From positions 8,156,358 through 8,220,357 of the forward strand of contig MU054187.1 of assembly GCA_013239625.1 (NCBI GenBank): a stretch of DNA of 64,000 nucleotides, in the 5' to 3' direction. Below, piece by piece: positions 14,701 through 27,715 of the stretch (position 1 is its first letter; each line of letters opens with the position of its first letter). Position numbers and translations under genes: made by a program. Source of the DNA: Lama guanicoe. Lineage: Eukaryota. The notes beneath the pieces are model-generated. The model had not been told where the DNA came from. It saw only the letters and a program-made list of their open reading frames with translations, and ran no database searches.

Positions 14701-15084
14701 CTGCCGTATTGTCATGGTATTTCTTTATTCAGATAAGAGCAAGATCATGCTTAGTCTTACTATGTGGAAGGAAGCAGCACCAAGCAGGTTCTTCAGCTAA
14801 TTCTATCAAGCCCTTTGTTGTCAGACTTTTTGGTGTGCATTATAAAGCTCTGGAAATAGGTTCTCTCCAAGTTCTTTCTAGTTTCATTTTTCCAAGATTA
14901 CAAATGATCTGAAAGAAAGAGTATATAGGGAAGTCTCTGTTAGTTAGTTGAGGAAACTAATTTTTCGTAACAGTGAAACTCGTTTTTTCCTAACAGTGAA
15001 TTAACCTCTGAAGATAAAGTAGAAGATCCTGAAAGCACAGGAAAGTGGCAGATAAACTTCCCTGGAGGCCACAGTAATAGGTGC

Positions 15085-15320
15085 CATGTGTTGGGTGCTA
15101 ACAAGGCAACAGGCAATGAAATTGTACTTCACTGTTATTGCCTCATTACACAAAACAATCCTATGAGTTTACTGTTCCCTGTTTTCTGGAGGAGTAAGTC
15201 GAGGCAAAAAAGAAAATAAGAAATTTGCTTAAAGTAACACAGATCATATTGGCAGGTGCAGGCTTTGAATTCAGATCTGTCTCCCTCTCCTGTTCATGTT
15301 CTTTGTATCATAATAGGCTA
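15085..15320 (-). mobile_element. MIR SINE
   Basis: ACAATCCTATGAG...GAGGAGTAAGTCGAGGC...AATTTGCTTAAAGTAACACAG...GGCTTTGAATTCAGATCTGTCT (MIR core, antisense). Confidence 0.65.
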
Positions 15321-16629
15321 CTGCCCAGAATGGTATCATTTCAGGGGAAATTTTCCCAATTTCAGAGGAAACATTTCAAAGCCAGTCACTGCACCAAATA
15401 ACCAATTACAATCCAGCAAGGGTACGCAGAGTCAGTGTGGCCTAACTGCCGAGCACTGGGCTAGCATGCTGTCAATGCTGACGATTCTGGTGTCTGGATG
15501 TAACAGACCATCATCTAAGGGATTTGGGGCATCCACTGATGGAAACCACTCACAGATTTCTAGTTCTTCTGAGCACAGATGCAAAGTTTGAGGAAGTTTA
15601 TTTTCTCCACTCCCAGTCTCTTCATTTTGTATGTCCTTCCCAAGTAGTCAAGCTATAACAGCAGTCAGTTATGATACAGGAATAGATATTTAACCGTGAA
15701 ACCTTAGGCAACAGCCAATTAATTGGCAAAGAACTAAAGGGAAGCAACCTCTATTGCAATTCCTGAACTCACATGATTTAGGCAGCCTTATACTCTTCCT
15801 TAGAATAACATGGGTCTCTTTTCAAGAGATAAGAAGATAACTTACAATGCAGTGATCAAGGGGAAAATATGAAATGAGATGTCTTTTTAATTTTTTAAAT
15901 TAGGGAGCATTTGAGCAGAGGGAGAACAAGCTCATTTGCCAGAACACTAGAAAAATGGATTACCCCTGGGAAGCTATTAAAGAGATTGTTTTAAGTTATA
16001 AAAGTATTATTGCTAAGTGTATTTGGAACTACTTACAGAAAAATCAAGTATGAATAGGCTCGAGAAAAACTATGACAAGATAGTAGATAATTATATAACA
16101 GGTTAAGGGTAAATAAAAAAACTTTGGAGGAATTTTGGATCTCAGGAGTTAAGGGCAGCCATATCTTCTCACAAAGCAAATTTTTAATGTTATTGCCAGA
16201 ATTTTAGTGCCCTATCGGGTGTAATGAAGCAGTTCTCATGCTTATTTATGCCCTGTGTATACAGGTAACAGTAGTTCATATGTATATAGGAATTTACTCT
16301 TCTTTTCCCCAAAACTAAAAAACTTTTATTTTGCATAATACCCAGTTAAGAGAATGAAAAGACAAGCGAGGCACTGAGAGAAAAATTTGCACATCAAATG
16401 TCTGACAAAGGACTTATATCTAGAATATAGATATGTGGTTTGAAATGCATGTATAACCAGGTAACTACAATGCTTTAGTTATAACATATAAACCTTTAAA
16501 TTAACATATAGTGTTAATAACCTTCAAATGAACACTTACTCTGTTCCTTTCTGCATTTTATTATAGCATTCTTTATAATTTCTATTGTTTCTTTTACTTA
16601 TCAATATTAACCTCCCCTTTGGAAGCCTA

Positions 16630-16945
16630 CATAATGTTTTAATTAATAAATATTATTTTAGAGAAGTTCTAGTTTACAAGGAAAAAGAGCAGAAAGTAGA
16701 GTCCCCTTTTATCCCCTCACCCATCCCATCCCCCAAAATATACAATTTTCCACTATTATCAACACCTTGCATTAATGTGGTGCATTTGTTACAAATGAAG
16801 AGCCAATACTGTTACACTATCATTAGCTAAAGTCTACAGTTTGAATTAGAGTTCACTCTTTGTATTTTATATTCCATGAGTTTTGATGAATACGTAATGA
16901 CATGTAGCCACCATTACAGTATCATGTGAAACAGTTTCTCCCTAA
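16630..16945 (-). mobile_element. L1 3'UTR fragment (L1MB/L1MC-like)
   Basis: GTGGTGCATTTGTTACAAATGAAGAGCCAATACTG..CTAAAGTCTACAGTTTG..AGAGTTCACTCTTTG..CCATTACAGTATCATG resembles an antisense L1M 3' end. Confidence 0.7.
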
Positions 16946-19900
16946 GCCAACATATTTTAATGGAGCAGTCTGCCTCTCTCAGCTGGATATTGGCTTAGCA
17001 TGAATGATGGCATTGCATCCATTCAGGTAACATGTTGAGCCTTTACAAAGTAATGAAGGAAAGTCAATAGAACTCAAAATGTTGGAAAGGTCAATACCTA
17101 CTCCAGCGCTTGCTGGGAAAACTGCCAAGCTCATAATCACACCATCTCTGGCTTGCTTAAGAAGGAAAGGATAATGAGTGTATTTAAGATTTTTGGATAT
17201 GTCACTGTTTGAAACAAAAAAGAAATTTTGCCTACTAAAGCTAAGCTTGATACTCAAAAAACTAGACATATTATTATCTGGTAGACTCCAAAGTTCTAAA
17301 ACGTGGTTAGCAGCACCCCACACATAATGTTGTCCAAGGGATGTATATTGTTCTATATCAGTGGCTTGAAAGATGAAGAAATTTTTTAACTGAAGGTTGC
17401 CATATTACAGTAGCATAGATGGAAAAGGCTATCTGAGAAGACAGTAGTGAGGTAAAAAGTGAATAGTCACACTCCATACACTAGGTAACCGTTACCACTT
17501 CAAGTATGATTAGCAAATTTATTTTTATGAAAGATTTTATGTTAAGAAATTCCTTGCAAATATAAAAAGGAGTATGTGATCAATTGTTGCACTTAGTCAA
17601 GGTTTGTACCCAAAAAATGCTGATGAGCTGGTATGTAACAACATTACATCAGCTTAAGCAAAAGGAGGAAAATTTCTTCCTTTGAGGAAAAACAGTCCTA
17701 AACTGACAGACTGATACTGTGGTGGACAGGCATTCAGTTCCATCACTTTCTGTTTACACCCCCAGGCTACTTAGCATTGCTAGAGAAGAGCCACCGAACC
17801 ATGCCAACTGGACTCACTACAATTTATGATACCTAAGATTGTCCATACCCTCCACACCACTCAGAAATCATTTTAATTTTTGTCTCCCTATTTCATATTT
17901 CACTTCAACTGTATTAAACCCTTTTCAGTCATCTTAACACTTCATCCCCAACCACACGGGGCTGATGACATTGTCACGTCACTTAAAAAGTAGAGACTAT
18001 TCAATTAAAGGTTCTCTACAGCCTCGGCATCCACTCTACCTAATCCCCATCCCAGAGGGATGTATGCTAGCTCTCCCACCCCACTGCCCTCCGTCCTTGC
18101 CCACCTCTCCCTCCCTGAGATTTGTTCCGTCTGCCATCTCCCCTTTATTACGTTTTCATTCTCTCCATCCTCATGTACTTTTTATCCAATGCCTAGCCAT
18201 TTAATCTAGTTTCTTTTAATCTCTCAAACAAAAGTTTTTTATTCACCTTTCAAGTTATCATTGTACATGGCATATGCTGAATCTTTAAAGAGGCCCATAA
18301 ACAGTTGACCAGGTAATTATATGCTACGTATTATATCTTATATATGAAGTTACTTTAGAAGTTGCCTGAAAGCAGGCTGAAAATCCCCTTGCCAAACAGG
18401 AGAGATGAAGATACAGAACCTTCAGGATGCTGAACTGAAGTGGAACTTCCAATGATTCCCCAAGATATACTAGAGAATATGGACAATTCTCCCAGGCTTT
18501 CTCTAATACCTCAAGAGATAGAAATCTCAGGTCCAGTTCTGTTCTCACACCTTATAGTGACAGTTTCTTAAAAGCCTATTTCAGGTCTCTAGAATTGGTG
18601 GTTGAGACTTATCATGGATAATGCCTCGTACCTACCCACCAGTAAAATCAGTATAGGGATAAATCAGCCATAAAGAAGTAAGTTCTTCCATTCCAGATGT
18701 ACTTAAGCATCCTTCCAAGGCAAATATATTAACCTACCAGATCCTAGAGTAGAGACTCAGAGCTGAGATTACTTCTCAGAGACTGATACAAAAGGTAATA
18801 AATTGTATATAAATGCTCTCCTTTCTTCAATCCCACTTTGAAGTTCTCTGCCACTTTTATTACTCAGACAAAGTAACCCATTGCCTGTGAACTGCACGAT
18901 GCAGAAAGCCATAAATCAGAGTTACTCTCATCAGCAGCACACAGATCTTATCCCAGAGAGGAGGAAAACCACAGATACAATTTGTCTCTAATATCTATGC
19001 TGGATGCTCACAGCTAGCTTGTCTTTGGAAAACTGAACCAATGGCAACAACAACAATTTGATATGTACCAAGTACTTTACATGCATTATCTCACTTAACT
19101 TTTATAACAGCCCTACAACATAATATTTTTATCCATATTTTATATATAAGAAAGAGAATTTCAGTGGGTGTTTTTACTTGCCCAGGTGGATAATTGTTAT
19201 AATGAGGGTTCAAATGCAGTCACCTCATATTTGGGTATGCCAAAGCCAAAACATCTTCAGCAACACTGTTCTCATATTACATAAAAATGATAATGATTAG
19301 TGATTACTGACTGCATATGGCATGCCAGACACTGATATATTTTATTTAACTCTCACAACAACCTAATGGGAAGGTACTATTTTTATTTCCACGTATAGTT
19401 GAGTAACTTGCTCAAAGTCTGTATAGGAAGCAAAGCTGTCTGATTCCAGACCCCTCACATATAACCACAATAACATATTTTGAGGATCTACAGAATATAC
19501 ATCCTGGGAACATCACGGGTAAGGTCATCTGTGTAGCATGATTTCCTGAGTGTCCAATACAAACACTGGAAAACATGAAACCCAATATGGCAAGTCTTCC
19601 CCCCTAAATCCAACTATTTCCAAAGAAGACTAAGGATAGACTAGGACAGGGCTCATGATGTGGACGTCTGTCCTGCGCTACTCCTGAAGGGCTCCATCTC
19701 AGCTACTATTCCCTGCTTCATGACGAAGCTAATCTGATAAAGAGGTGCCAAACCACAACCTGAACGGACTAACCCCTTTGCCTCCTACGCCTTGGACTTC
19801 CCATTTCCCCCTCCCTGGAGCTAAATTCTGCATTTGAACTGACTTCTTCAAAGCCCACATTCATAAGTGTGTCAGCCCAAATCCCAAGACCCTCCTTTAC

Positions 19901-20859
19901 GCTACTAACACTTTGTTTTGCAGTCCTAGACACTTCACAACTAAACCTGATCGTAATCGTTCAATAAATATTGATGAAAAATTTAATGAGTTTTTTAAAT
20001 GCATTTACAATGCTGTTTACATCTTTTCCCAGTGTTTCAAATCAATCGAAATAAAATTTGTTGAGATACTCCCCATCATCATTCAACATATCGTGATACG
20101 CACCTGTTCTTTGTCTGTTATCCCAAACCTACAGATTTCCTTAGAATATTTTCTCTACTCTTTCTGGGTCTCCTAACATATCCTAGTGTAAACTTATGGT
20201 TCCAGACTAGTGCTGGTCTTCATATACTCTAGAGGACGTTCGTGTTTCAGGATGAAGGGAATGTAAGGAATGCCTGTAACCCTGATGAATGCCCTCGATC
20301 TCTGCCTTGGCCCCGTGCTACAGTGGAGCCCACTGGGGTACGAGCACATGCAAGAGAGGAAGTCACTGTGGCAATTCACATTACAGGCACAATAGCCGCC
20401 GAAGTCCTCTACAGGTAACTATTCTGCAGTGTCGTCCCAAAGTACTCTGACTAGGTTACTGCCGAGAGTCATCTAAAATCATGATATTAGGATATAACCT
20501 AAGGCAACAGCCATAATTTCACAGTGAAAGAAGCACCAGGAGACGAGAAGGACCACAACTACTCTCTTCACATTATAGTGGCTGGCGGATATTAAAGAGG
20601 TTTAGTTTGTGAAGTAAGTTTTTGAAGAACATAAGGATGTTCCATAAATAAGACAGTTGATTATGGTGAATAAAAATAGTGCTATGAGCGACTCGTTCCT
20701 TATTGCCAATGGAATAAAACATCACAATTAAAAAAAAAAGTTCAACTTAGTTTAAGCAACCATGCTTTGAGGTATGCTAATGGACCTGAAAGTCAGTTAA
20801 AAATATGCTTTAAGTAATTCACAATCCTCAGTTCACAAGGCTGCTGGGGAGGGGTTATT

Positions 20860-21095
20860 TATTTAAACACTTAAAATATATGTTTACTATGTGCCATGTA
20901 AATTCTAAATCCTTTACAAAGGTAACATATTTAATCCTCATAACAACCCTGTGGAGGGTATTATCTCCATTTAATAGATGTGGAAACTGAGGCATGGAGA
21001 AATTAAATAACTTGCACAAGGTCACATAGCTAGTAAATGTTGGAGCAAGTTTTCAAACCTCGGCTCAAATGGCTCAGATTCTGGGCTCCTGAACA
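20860..21095 (-). mobile_element. MIR SINE, relatively well preserved
   Basis: TTTACTATGTGCCA..TTTAATCCTCATAACAACCCTGTG..ATTATCTCCATTTAATAGATGTGGAAACTGAGGCATGGAGAAATTAAATAACTTGCACAAGGTCACATAGCTAGTAAATG. Confidence 0.85.
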
Positions 21096-21191
21096 CCGAA
21101 CTGCGGTCCCTGCCCTCCCCTCATTATGAATGCTTCTTATGGCTTAAAAGGATGAACGCTTGAAGTCTCTGAGAGCACAGAAAAAAACACT

Positions 21192-21835
21192 CATTTTGTC
21201 AGTCATCAAATGTTTAATGCACAACTATCACAGGACGGGCACCATACTAGACACTGGGAATGTCATGGAAAGCAAGAGAGATAAGGTCTCTACCTTTGAG
21301 GGTCTTATCTTCTGGTGGGAAATGTAAGCCACTTGAAACAAATATAGATAAGTTTTATGACAAGGGTAGAAGAGGGTGTGAGGGGCACATCAGAGGGGCA
21401 CAACCCCAGACTAAAGCTAGTAGGGGAGACTTCCTCGAGGAATTCCAAGAGAAAAATCCAAAAACTGAGTAAGAATTATTTGGGAAAACAAGGTGTAGGA
21501 AATAGCAAAGATGGCAAGGAAAATGGAAGACCAGTTAGCACGTTCCAAAGGACGGAAGAGACTCTTTTTAACAAATAAACTCAGTCTGGCTGGATTGGAG
21601 AATGTGTAGTGGGGCATGGAGAGACATAAGGCTGGCTAGGGATGAAGGAACCAAATAATACAGAGCATGTTCGACCTTGTGATGGAATACAGATTTTTTT
21701 TTTTTATCCTTAGAGCAATGGGTATCTTTAAAATTTTTAAAGCAAGAGAGTAACATGATCAGATCTGCATTTTACAAAGACTCTTTGGATGCAACGGACA
21801 GATAAAAAAATAACAAGACTGAAAACGAGGACTAG
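21192..21835 (-). mobile_element. LINE-2 3' fragment
   Basis: Begins with an antisense L2 tail (CAAATGTTTAATGCAC..CACCATACTAGACACTGGGA) and continues to TTTTAAAGCAAGAGAGTAACATGATCAGATCTGCATTTTA. Confidence 0.75.
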
Positions 21836-22211
21836 TGGTCTGAATATTAATGTAAAGTCCAATGGAAATGAACCAAGAAGCACGGGCACTGGCCAAACCA
21901 TGCTGGGTCCTCATGAAAGAGCCTAATGAAGGAAGGTCAAAGAATTTGTGTTAATATCACAAACAAGACAAAAATGCCCACTATCTCCACTTCTATTCAA
22001 TATAGTACTGAAAGTCTTAGGCAGCACAACAACAACACGATAAGAAAGTAAAGGCATAAGGATTTTAAAGACAATAACACATATTTTTATTATTCATATG
22101 ACATGAAAATCGCTCAATAACTTACGTACAAATTAATTATTAAAAAGAATGGAATCCTTTATACGATGGCTGGATGGAAGATCAATGTACAGAAGTCAAC
22201 TGCACAAACTC

Positions 22212-22390
22212 CCAGACTCCTCAGAATAACCCTGTGAGGATGGTGTTGTTATGCCTCTTTCACAGATGAGGACCTTCTGGCTCCGGGAGGTGAAATAACT
22301 CATCCAAAACTACACAGCCAGCAAGCGGCGCAACCAGAATCAGAATCCAGGTAACCTGACTCCAGATCACAAATTCAAAGCTGAAACACT
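22212..22390 (-). mobile_element. MIR SINE
   Basis: CTCAGAATAACCCTGTGAGG..TTTCACAGATGAGGA..GAGGTGAAATAACTCATCCAAAACTACACAGC..GAATCCAGG..TGACTCCAGA. Confidence 0.75.
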
Positions 22391-23199
22391 AAGTGGGAGA
22401 CTTAGCCCCAAGAAATAGTTTCCATACGACCCAAGGAGAGATCCAGAATATTCTGCATTACACTGTACACCCTAACATTTCCTGAGGTTTGGGGCTCCAG
22501 GGAGACAAGGGAGATACTGGCTGTTGCTGGAGGCTGCCTGGGTTTTACTCTTTTTTTCTAATCCAGGGAATAAGGCCACTGGTTCACTGACACCCAAGCA
22601 CACAGGTGCTGGAGATGCTCATCCTCTGGCTACATTTTTTCACATAAAATATACCAACTGGTTACCACTGACACTTAGGAAAGTGGTGGGATTTGCATAT
22701 TTATTTTGCAACTGATCACCATAGTGTCTTATTATTTCTAATTATTTTTCAGTTTGCCTACCTTGAAAACCTAAGATGACCATTATACCCACTTCAAAAC
22801 ATTAATTTTGCAACCTTCTTTCTAAGAAGCTGTTCTGCTTCTTTTTCCTAGCCTATTACATTGGCTTGAATTTCTAAAACAATGTTAAATAGTGATGAAA
22901 GAGTGCATGCTTGTCCTGCAACTGACATTTAAGGTATTGTCTCTTAGAGCAGTGTTTTTTAGACGTTATTTGTCCCCAGAATTCTTTTTTTCACAATACC
23001 AAATAGCACCCTATGTTCCTCAAACATATTTTGGAAAATGCTGCTGGAGTGTTTCACTACTAGGGATGAAGTCACTACTGACCAGAGATCTTTATCACAA
23101 TGATATCTGAGGCTATCCTTCAATCTCTAAATTTTTAAGAGTAATGAATGCTGAACTTTATCAAATGCTGTTCTGGCATCTAATGAAGGTATCTAAGTT

Positions 23200-24240
23200 A
23201 TTTAAAAATGAGAAAAAAAGAAGAGCACACCATTAACAACAGTATCAAATGACACCAGGTACATATAAATAAACCATACATGAGATATTAAAGAAATTCT
23301 GTTCAACCAAAGGTACCTTAAGGAAAGAGAAAGGACAAATGACAAACCGAGAGAAGATATATGCAACCTGTATAATTGACACATAATTAGCATCAAGAAT
23401 ATATGAAGAAGTTTTGCAAATCAATAAGGAAAGAATGCCTCATAGAAAGTGGGAAAAAGACATGAGCAAACTTTTCACAAAAGAGTAAACATATATAGCC
23501 AGTAAGGAAATGCTCAGTCTCACTGGTTACAGGGAGCTGCAAATCAGGACCATAATGATGTATCATATCATATTCAAGCACTGGCAAAAACTAAGAAATC
23601 TTACATTAGCAGATGTTGTACAGCGTATACAGCTCCAGATCTCTTTGACATTGCTTGTGGGAGTATAAATCACTTTGGAAAATATTGTCTTGTCATATGA
23701 AACAATAAATATTAAACAAAGATATAACCCCAAACCTAGCAATTCCTCTTTGCACATGTACATGAAGAGATCCGTATAAGAATGTTCACTGTAAGAGCAA
23801 AATCTAGAAATAGCACAAATGTCTATCAACAGGATAATGGGTGAAAAAAACCTGCAGTAGATTGACACAATGGAATATGATACAGAAGTCAGAAGATGTA
23901 AACTATAGTTACAACAAAATAACTGAATCTTAACAATATATGATTAAGTGAAAAATAAAAGTACAAGGTTCCATGCAGCATGATAAGCATAATACATTGT
24001 TACAGAGTAAAAAAAAAAAGCATCTAAAACCACATCTTTTAGGGATACATATGTAAGATAAAATTTTATTTTTTAAAGGCAAGAGCATGAATAACAAACA
24101 CAAGACTTGAGACAGTAATTACCTCCAAGTGGAGAGGCAGGATTATTGAATGGGGTGAGGTTAACACATGTACATCATGTCAATAGTTGGATGATGGGTT
24201 TCCTGTGTTTATTGCACTAATTTAAAATTTTAAAAATTAA
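23200..24240 (+). mobile_element. Ancient L1 (L1ME-like) ORF2 end and 3'UTR
   Basis: GAAGATATATGCAACC..CAAATCAATAAGGAAA..GAAAAAGACATGAGCA..AAATGCTCAGTCTCACT..CCTAGCAATTCCTCT..AATGTCTATCAACAGGA..CACAATGGAATAT; probably continuous with the L1 piece at ~21950-22200. Confidence 0.75.
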
Positions 24241-26359
24241 GTAGTTAGTCAAAAATAAAACACCATGTATAGGACCAATGATTAGAACCAAGGTTATGAT
24301 TAATCCAACTTGTTCCCATGTTTGTTTGTTTAAATCAAATCCCTTTAGAATTATCTAGGAAAGCAAGTCTGAGTTTGGAGATAAGGTAGTGGGGGAAGCA
24401 GGGCAGGGCTGGAGAGCTGTTAAGGGGTTGACTGCAATATCTAACAGTTGTCACAATGAAAAGTAACTACCATTTGTTAGTTCATTGGTGTTCACAAAAA
24501 TATTTCACCAACTATTAATCTATTGACATACATCATACTGCTACAAACAATCTACTATGGAAAACCCTTACAACATATGACCACTACAGCTTGAAACTTA
24601 CACATTAAAAACATACATTCTGCATACCCTAAATTGCCAATCTATTTTGCTTTCTGGAGAAAACCTATTAGAAGGTGGAAGGTGTTAGGAAAAATGAGCT
24701 AAGAAAGATGACTCTTTGAGGGTGGAGGGAGGCATATAATGCCAGAAAGGAGAGAGGAGCAGTGCGGGGGCTGGGCTGGCTCTCAAGTGCATGAGCAAAA
24801 GGAGAGTCCTCAGGCGGGTCTCCACGCCTCTCCCCAGCCCTCCTTTCAGCCTCCTATACCCTCTAGCTGTCTGTCTCGTCCTGTGGGACACAGCTACCTA
24901 CTAAAAACAAAAAGGAAAAATAAGAGCTCCTTAAAGACATAAATCTATATTAATCTACATTCCTAAATCTAGCACTTAAAGCTTGTCAGTTTTAACACCC
25001 TAAACTATGTCTACTCCAATGAAATATTGTCCTGCATACGCTAAGATGTGGTCTTTCTGTTGTTTTATGTTTCTTCAACTAATAAATTAGTCAGATACAT
25101 AGATAATTCATAAATGTACTAATGTAATATAAATGTTGTTTGGAGCACTGATATACATTACAGATTCAACAATGTGTTTTATTTATAAACTATGCACTAG
25201 TTTATTCCTTCCCTAAACTCAAATAAATACAGAAATAAAAATAAACTCCAGACATAGACTCTTACTTAAATCATGAGTCTGGCGTGCTTGAAAATTCTTG
25301 CCTTGGAAGAAAGGAATGATATAAAAGTGGGAGAGGCACAAAGGTTGGCTAAGGAAATGAGAAATAAATTATTCTAAACAGGAGTTCCTCAAACTGGCCT
25401 TACAAGTGTGTGGAAGTGACATGTTCATTTAACAGGGAAAAAAAATTATCAGAGGTAAATGTAGGAGAAAAGAAAAAGAAAATTTTCCTCTCAGTGCCAT
25501 ATGTTGAAAAGAACATAAACCTTGGTAAAGTTTACAAAACATTCTACCCTGATATCTCAATTGTATTAATGGTCACAGCAACAAGTAGTAATCTATCATC
25601 AAAAGGCAGTGGTGAGAAGGGAAAAACCAAGTCACCACTCATATTGACTTCTCCAGGGACTCACAGCTCCCTGGTGTGGTTGGCATTAAGGTGGGCACCT
25701 CCTTGGGAAGAAGGGGTAGAGAAGATGCTGGAGAAGCAGGTGAGGACCCTGGAGGGTTGCCATGCCAAGGGGATTTTACTTTACCCTAATCCAAACCTAT
25801 GTCAGTCTACAGGAAGGCAGGCAAACCCTTGTTGCTGTTTTTTAAACAACTGGTATCTTGGCAAAAGATGCTTTTACACATTTGCATTCCCTGATGTCCA
25901 GCCACAGACGTCAACAGTCAAAGCTTCATACAGTACATGAAGGCAGAATCTCAAGTGCAACACATCAACTCATTCAAGAGCTTGTGCACAAACAGGTACT
26001 TCTTTAAATTTCCATATTCACAACTTCTGTTACCAGCCTTTTATTGGTTTCTTAACATTTAGCATTCTCTTTTCCCTAATCACCCAAAATCAAAGAAGAA
26101 CATCTAAAAAAGAAGTGAGATCCTGCTGGCCCCCTGGATAAAAATGTGCTAGATTTCCATGGGCTACTGCCTGCTTATCTGTGTGCATAGTAAAACAGAA
26201 ATGGTCTCATGCAGACTTTCAAAGTCTTTGAACATGCTGCAGTTTCATTTTCCCAGTGCTTGGGTTCAGTACTTAACAGTCGTTGAGCCTGGGAGAAAAA
26301 AAATGGATCATGAATCCAGTCCAATTTGAATACCTCCATTTATGGTCCCATCTCCATCA

Positions 26360-26530
26360 CTAACTTTCTGGGTGACACTGGGCAATCTCCTTGACTAATC
26401 TGAAGCAAATCTGTAAAATGGGGATCATGATGATTCTTGACTTATGGAGATCATATGGTTTTACATGCGAATCAGAGCAAATGATGTGTATAAAAGCACT
26501 CTTAACGTGCATTGTGATGTAGTTATCAGG
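26360..26530 (+). mobile_element. MIR SINE
   Basis: GGGTGACACTGGGCAA..ATCTGTAAAATGGGGATCATGATG..GATGTGTATAAAAGCACT. Confidence 0.65.
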
Positions 26531-26904
26531 TATTATTATAAATGAATGACACTTCATCTGTGATGGTAATCCTTAAGAAAGGCATGCACTTTGAGCTATT
26601 TATCTGATGGAAGTGTTGGTTCAGAGTCAACCACATTGTCTAGTCTCCCTGTGACAGTCTAGAGTTAAGAGGTGTAATCTGTATTGTGGACCAGTCTCCT
26701 TGTGAAGCTGTCTAGCCCAGAAAGAAATCGACTGCAGTTATGGTCTCAGCACAGTGCTCCTTGCCTTTGACCTCTAGAGGACCATCTTGTGCTGAGAAGG
26801 ACAATATCTTAGGCTCTCTTGGTCTCATGGGAGATTCCAGAGATGGTGTTATCCTTGGCTGAGCCAGGACTGATAAGATACTACTAAGCTTCATATTTAT
26901 ATAA

Positions 26905-27118
26905 TACACATCTGTTTCCAGCAACTTTATCATCTCATTTGATTCTCAAAACAATTCTGTGACAATATCAACCCAGTGTCACTATTCTAGTGTTATAAAT
27001 AAGGAGCCTGAGGCTAAAGTGAGGTGTATGACTTGCCCAAAGTCACTCAGCTTGTTAAGTAGCAGAGTTAAGAACTAGACCCAGGTATCTGGATTTTGGG
27101 GTCCTATTTTTACTGTAA
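26905..27118 (-). mobile_element. MIR SINE
   Basis: CATCTCATTTGATTCTCAAAACAATTCTGTGA..AAGGAGCCTGAGGCT..TGACTTGCCCAAAGTCACTCAGCTTGTTAAGT..CTAGACCCAGG. Confidence 0.75.
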
Positions 27119-27574
27119 TGCCCAAATTTCAGAAACATACATGGCCTTCTCTTCTGAGAAAAAGAAAAGATAGGGAAAAAAGATAGATTGGATAAACGTC
27201 ACTTGGCAGAACCATAGATTGAAGACATTGAGTTTATGACAGTAGCACTGTCTCACAGGCGCCATGGGGCTCTGTATTTCAGTATATAAAATATCCAGTG
27301 AAGACTGGTAGGAGATGCCTCACTCTTACACGGAACAGTAACCAATCTGCTTTTGGGGAGCAGCAGGGCCCCTGCTAGCATGTTACAGTGTCAAAACTTC
27401 AAAACTTGCCTGGAAATCTGAATCTTTAGACTCTCTGAGAGTAACCAGATACTGCCTGCCTGGTTATAATCACTCTCAACAATTCTGGAGTGTCTGCAAT
27501 AGATTAGTCATGTTGCGGGGAAGAAAGCATTAGTCCTTGTTAAACACCTCTCTCTCACTGCTTTGTGCTTTATT

Positions 27575-27715
27575 CATGTGATATTTATAATAAGGAAATG
27601 TAGGTTCAGAGAGGTGAGTAACTTGCCTAAAGTCACTCTTCTGGCAGGTGGCATACCCAGAATTCAAAACTAAGCCTTTCAGACTCTGAAGTTCATGATC
27701 TTTCAACTCTAGCCA
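27575..27715 (-). mobile_element. MIR SINE
   Basis: AGGTTCAGAGAGGTGAGTAACTTGCCTAAAGTCAC..GAATTCAAAACTAAGCCTTTCAGACTC. Confidence 0.7.

Noticed and set aside
25410..25940. 176-aa ORF
   Set aside because: Starts at GTG, has no recognisable domain or supporting exon structure
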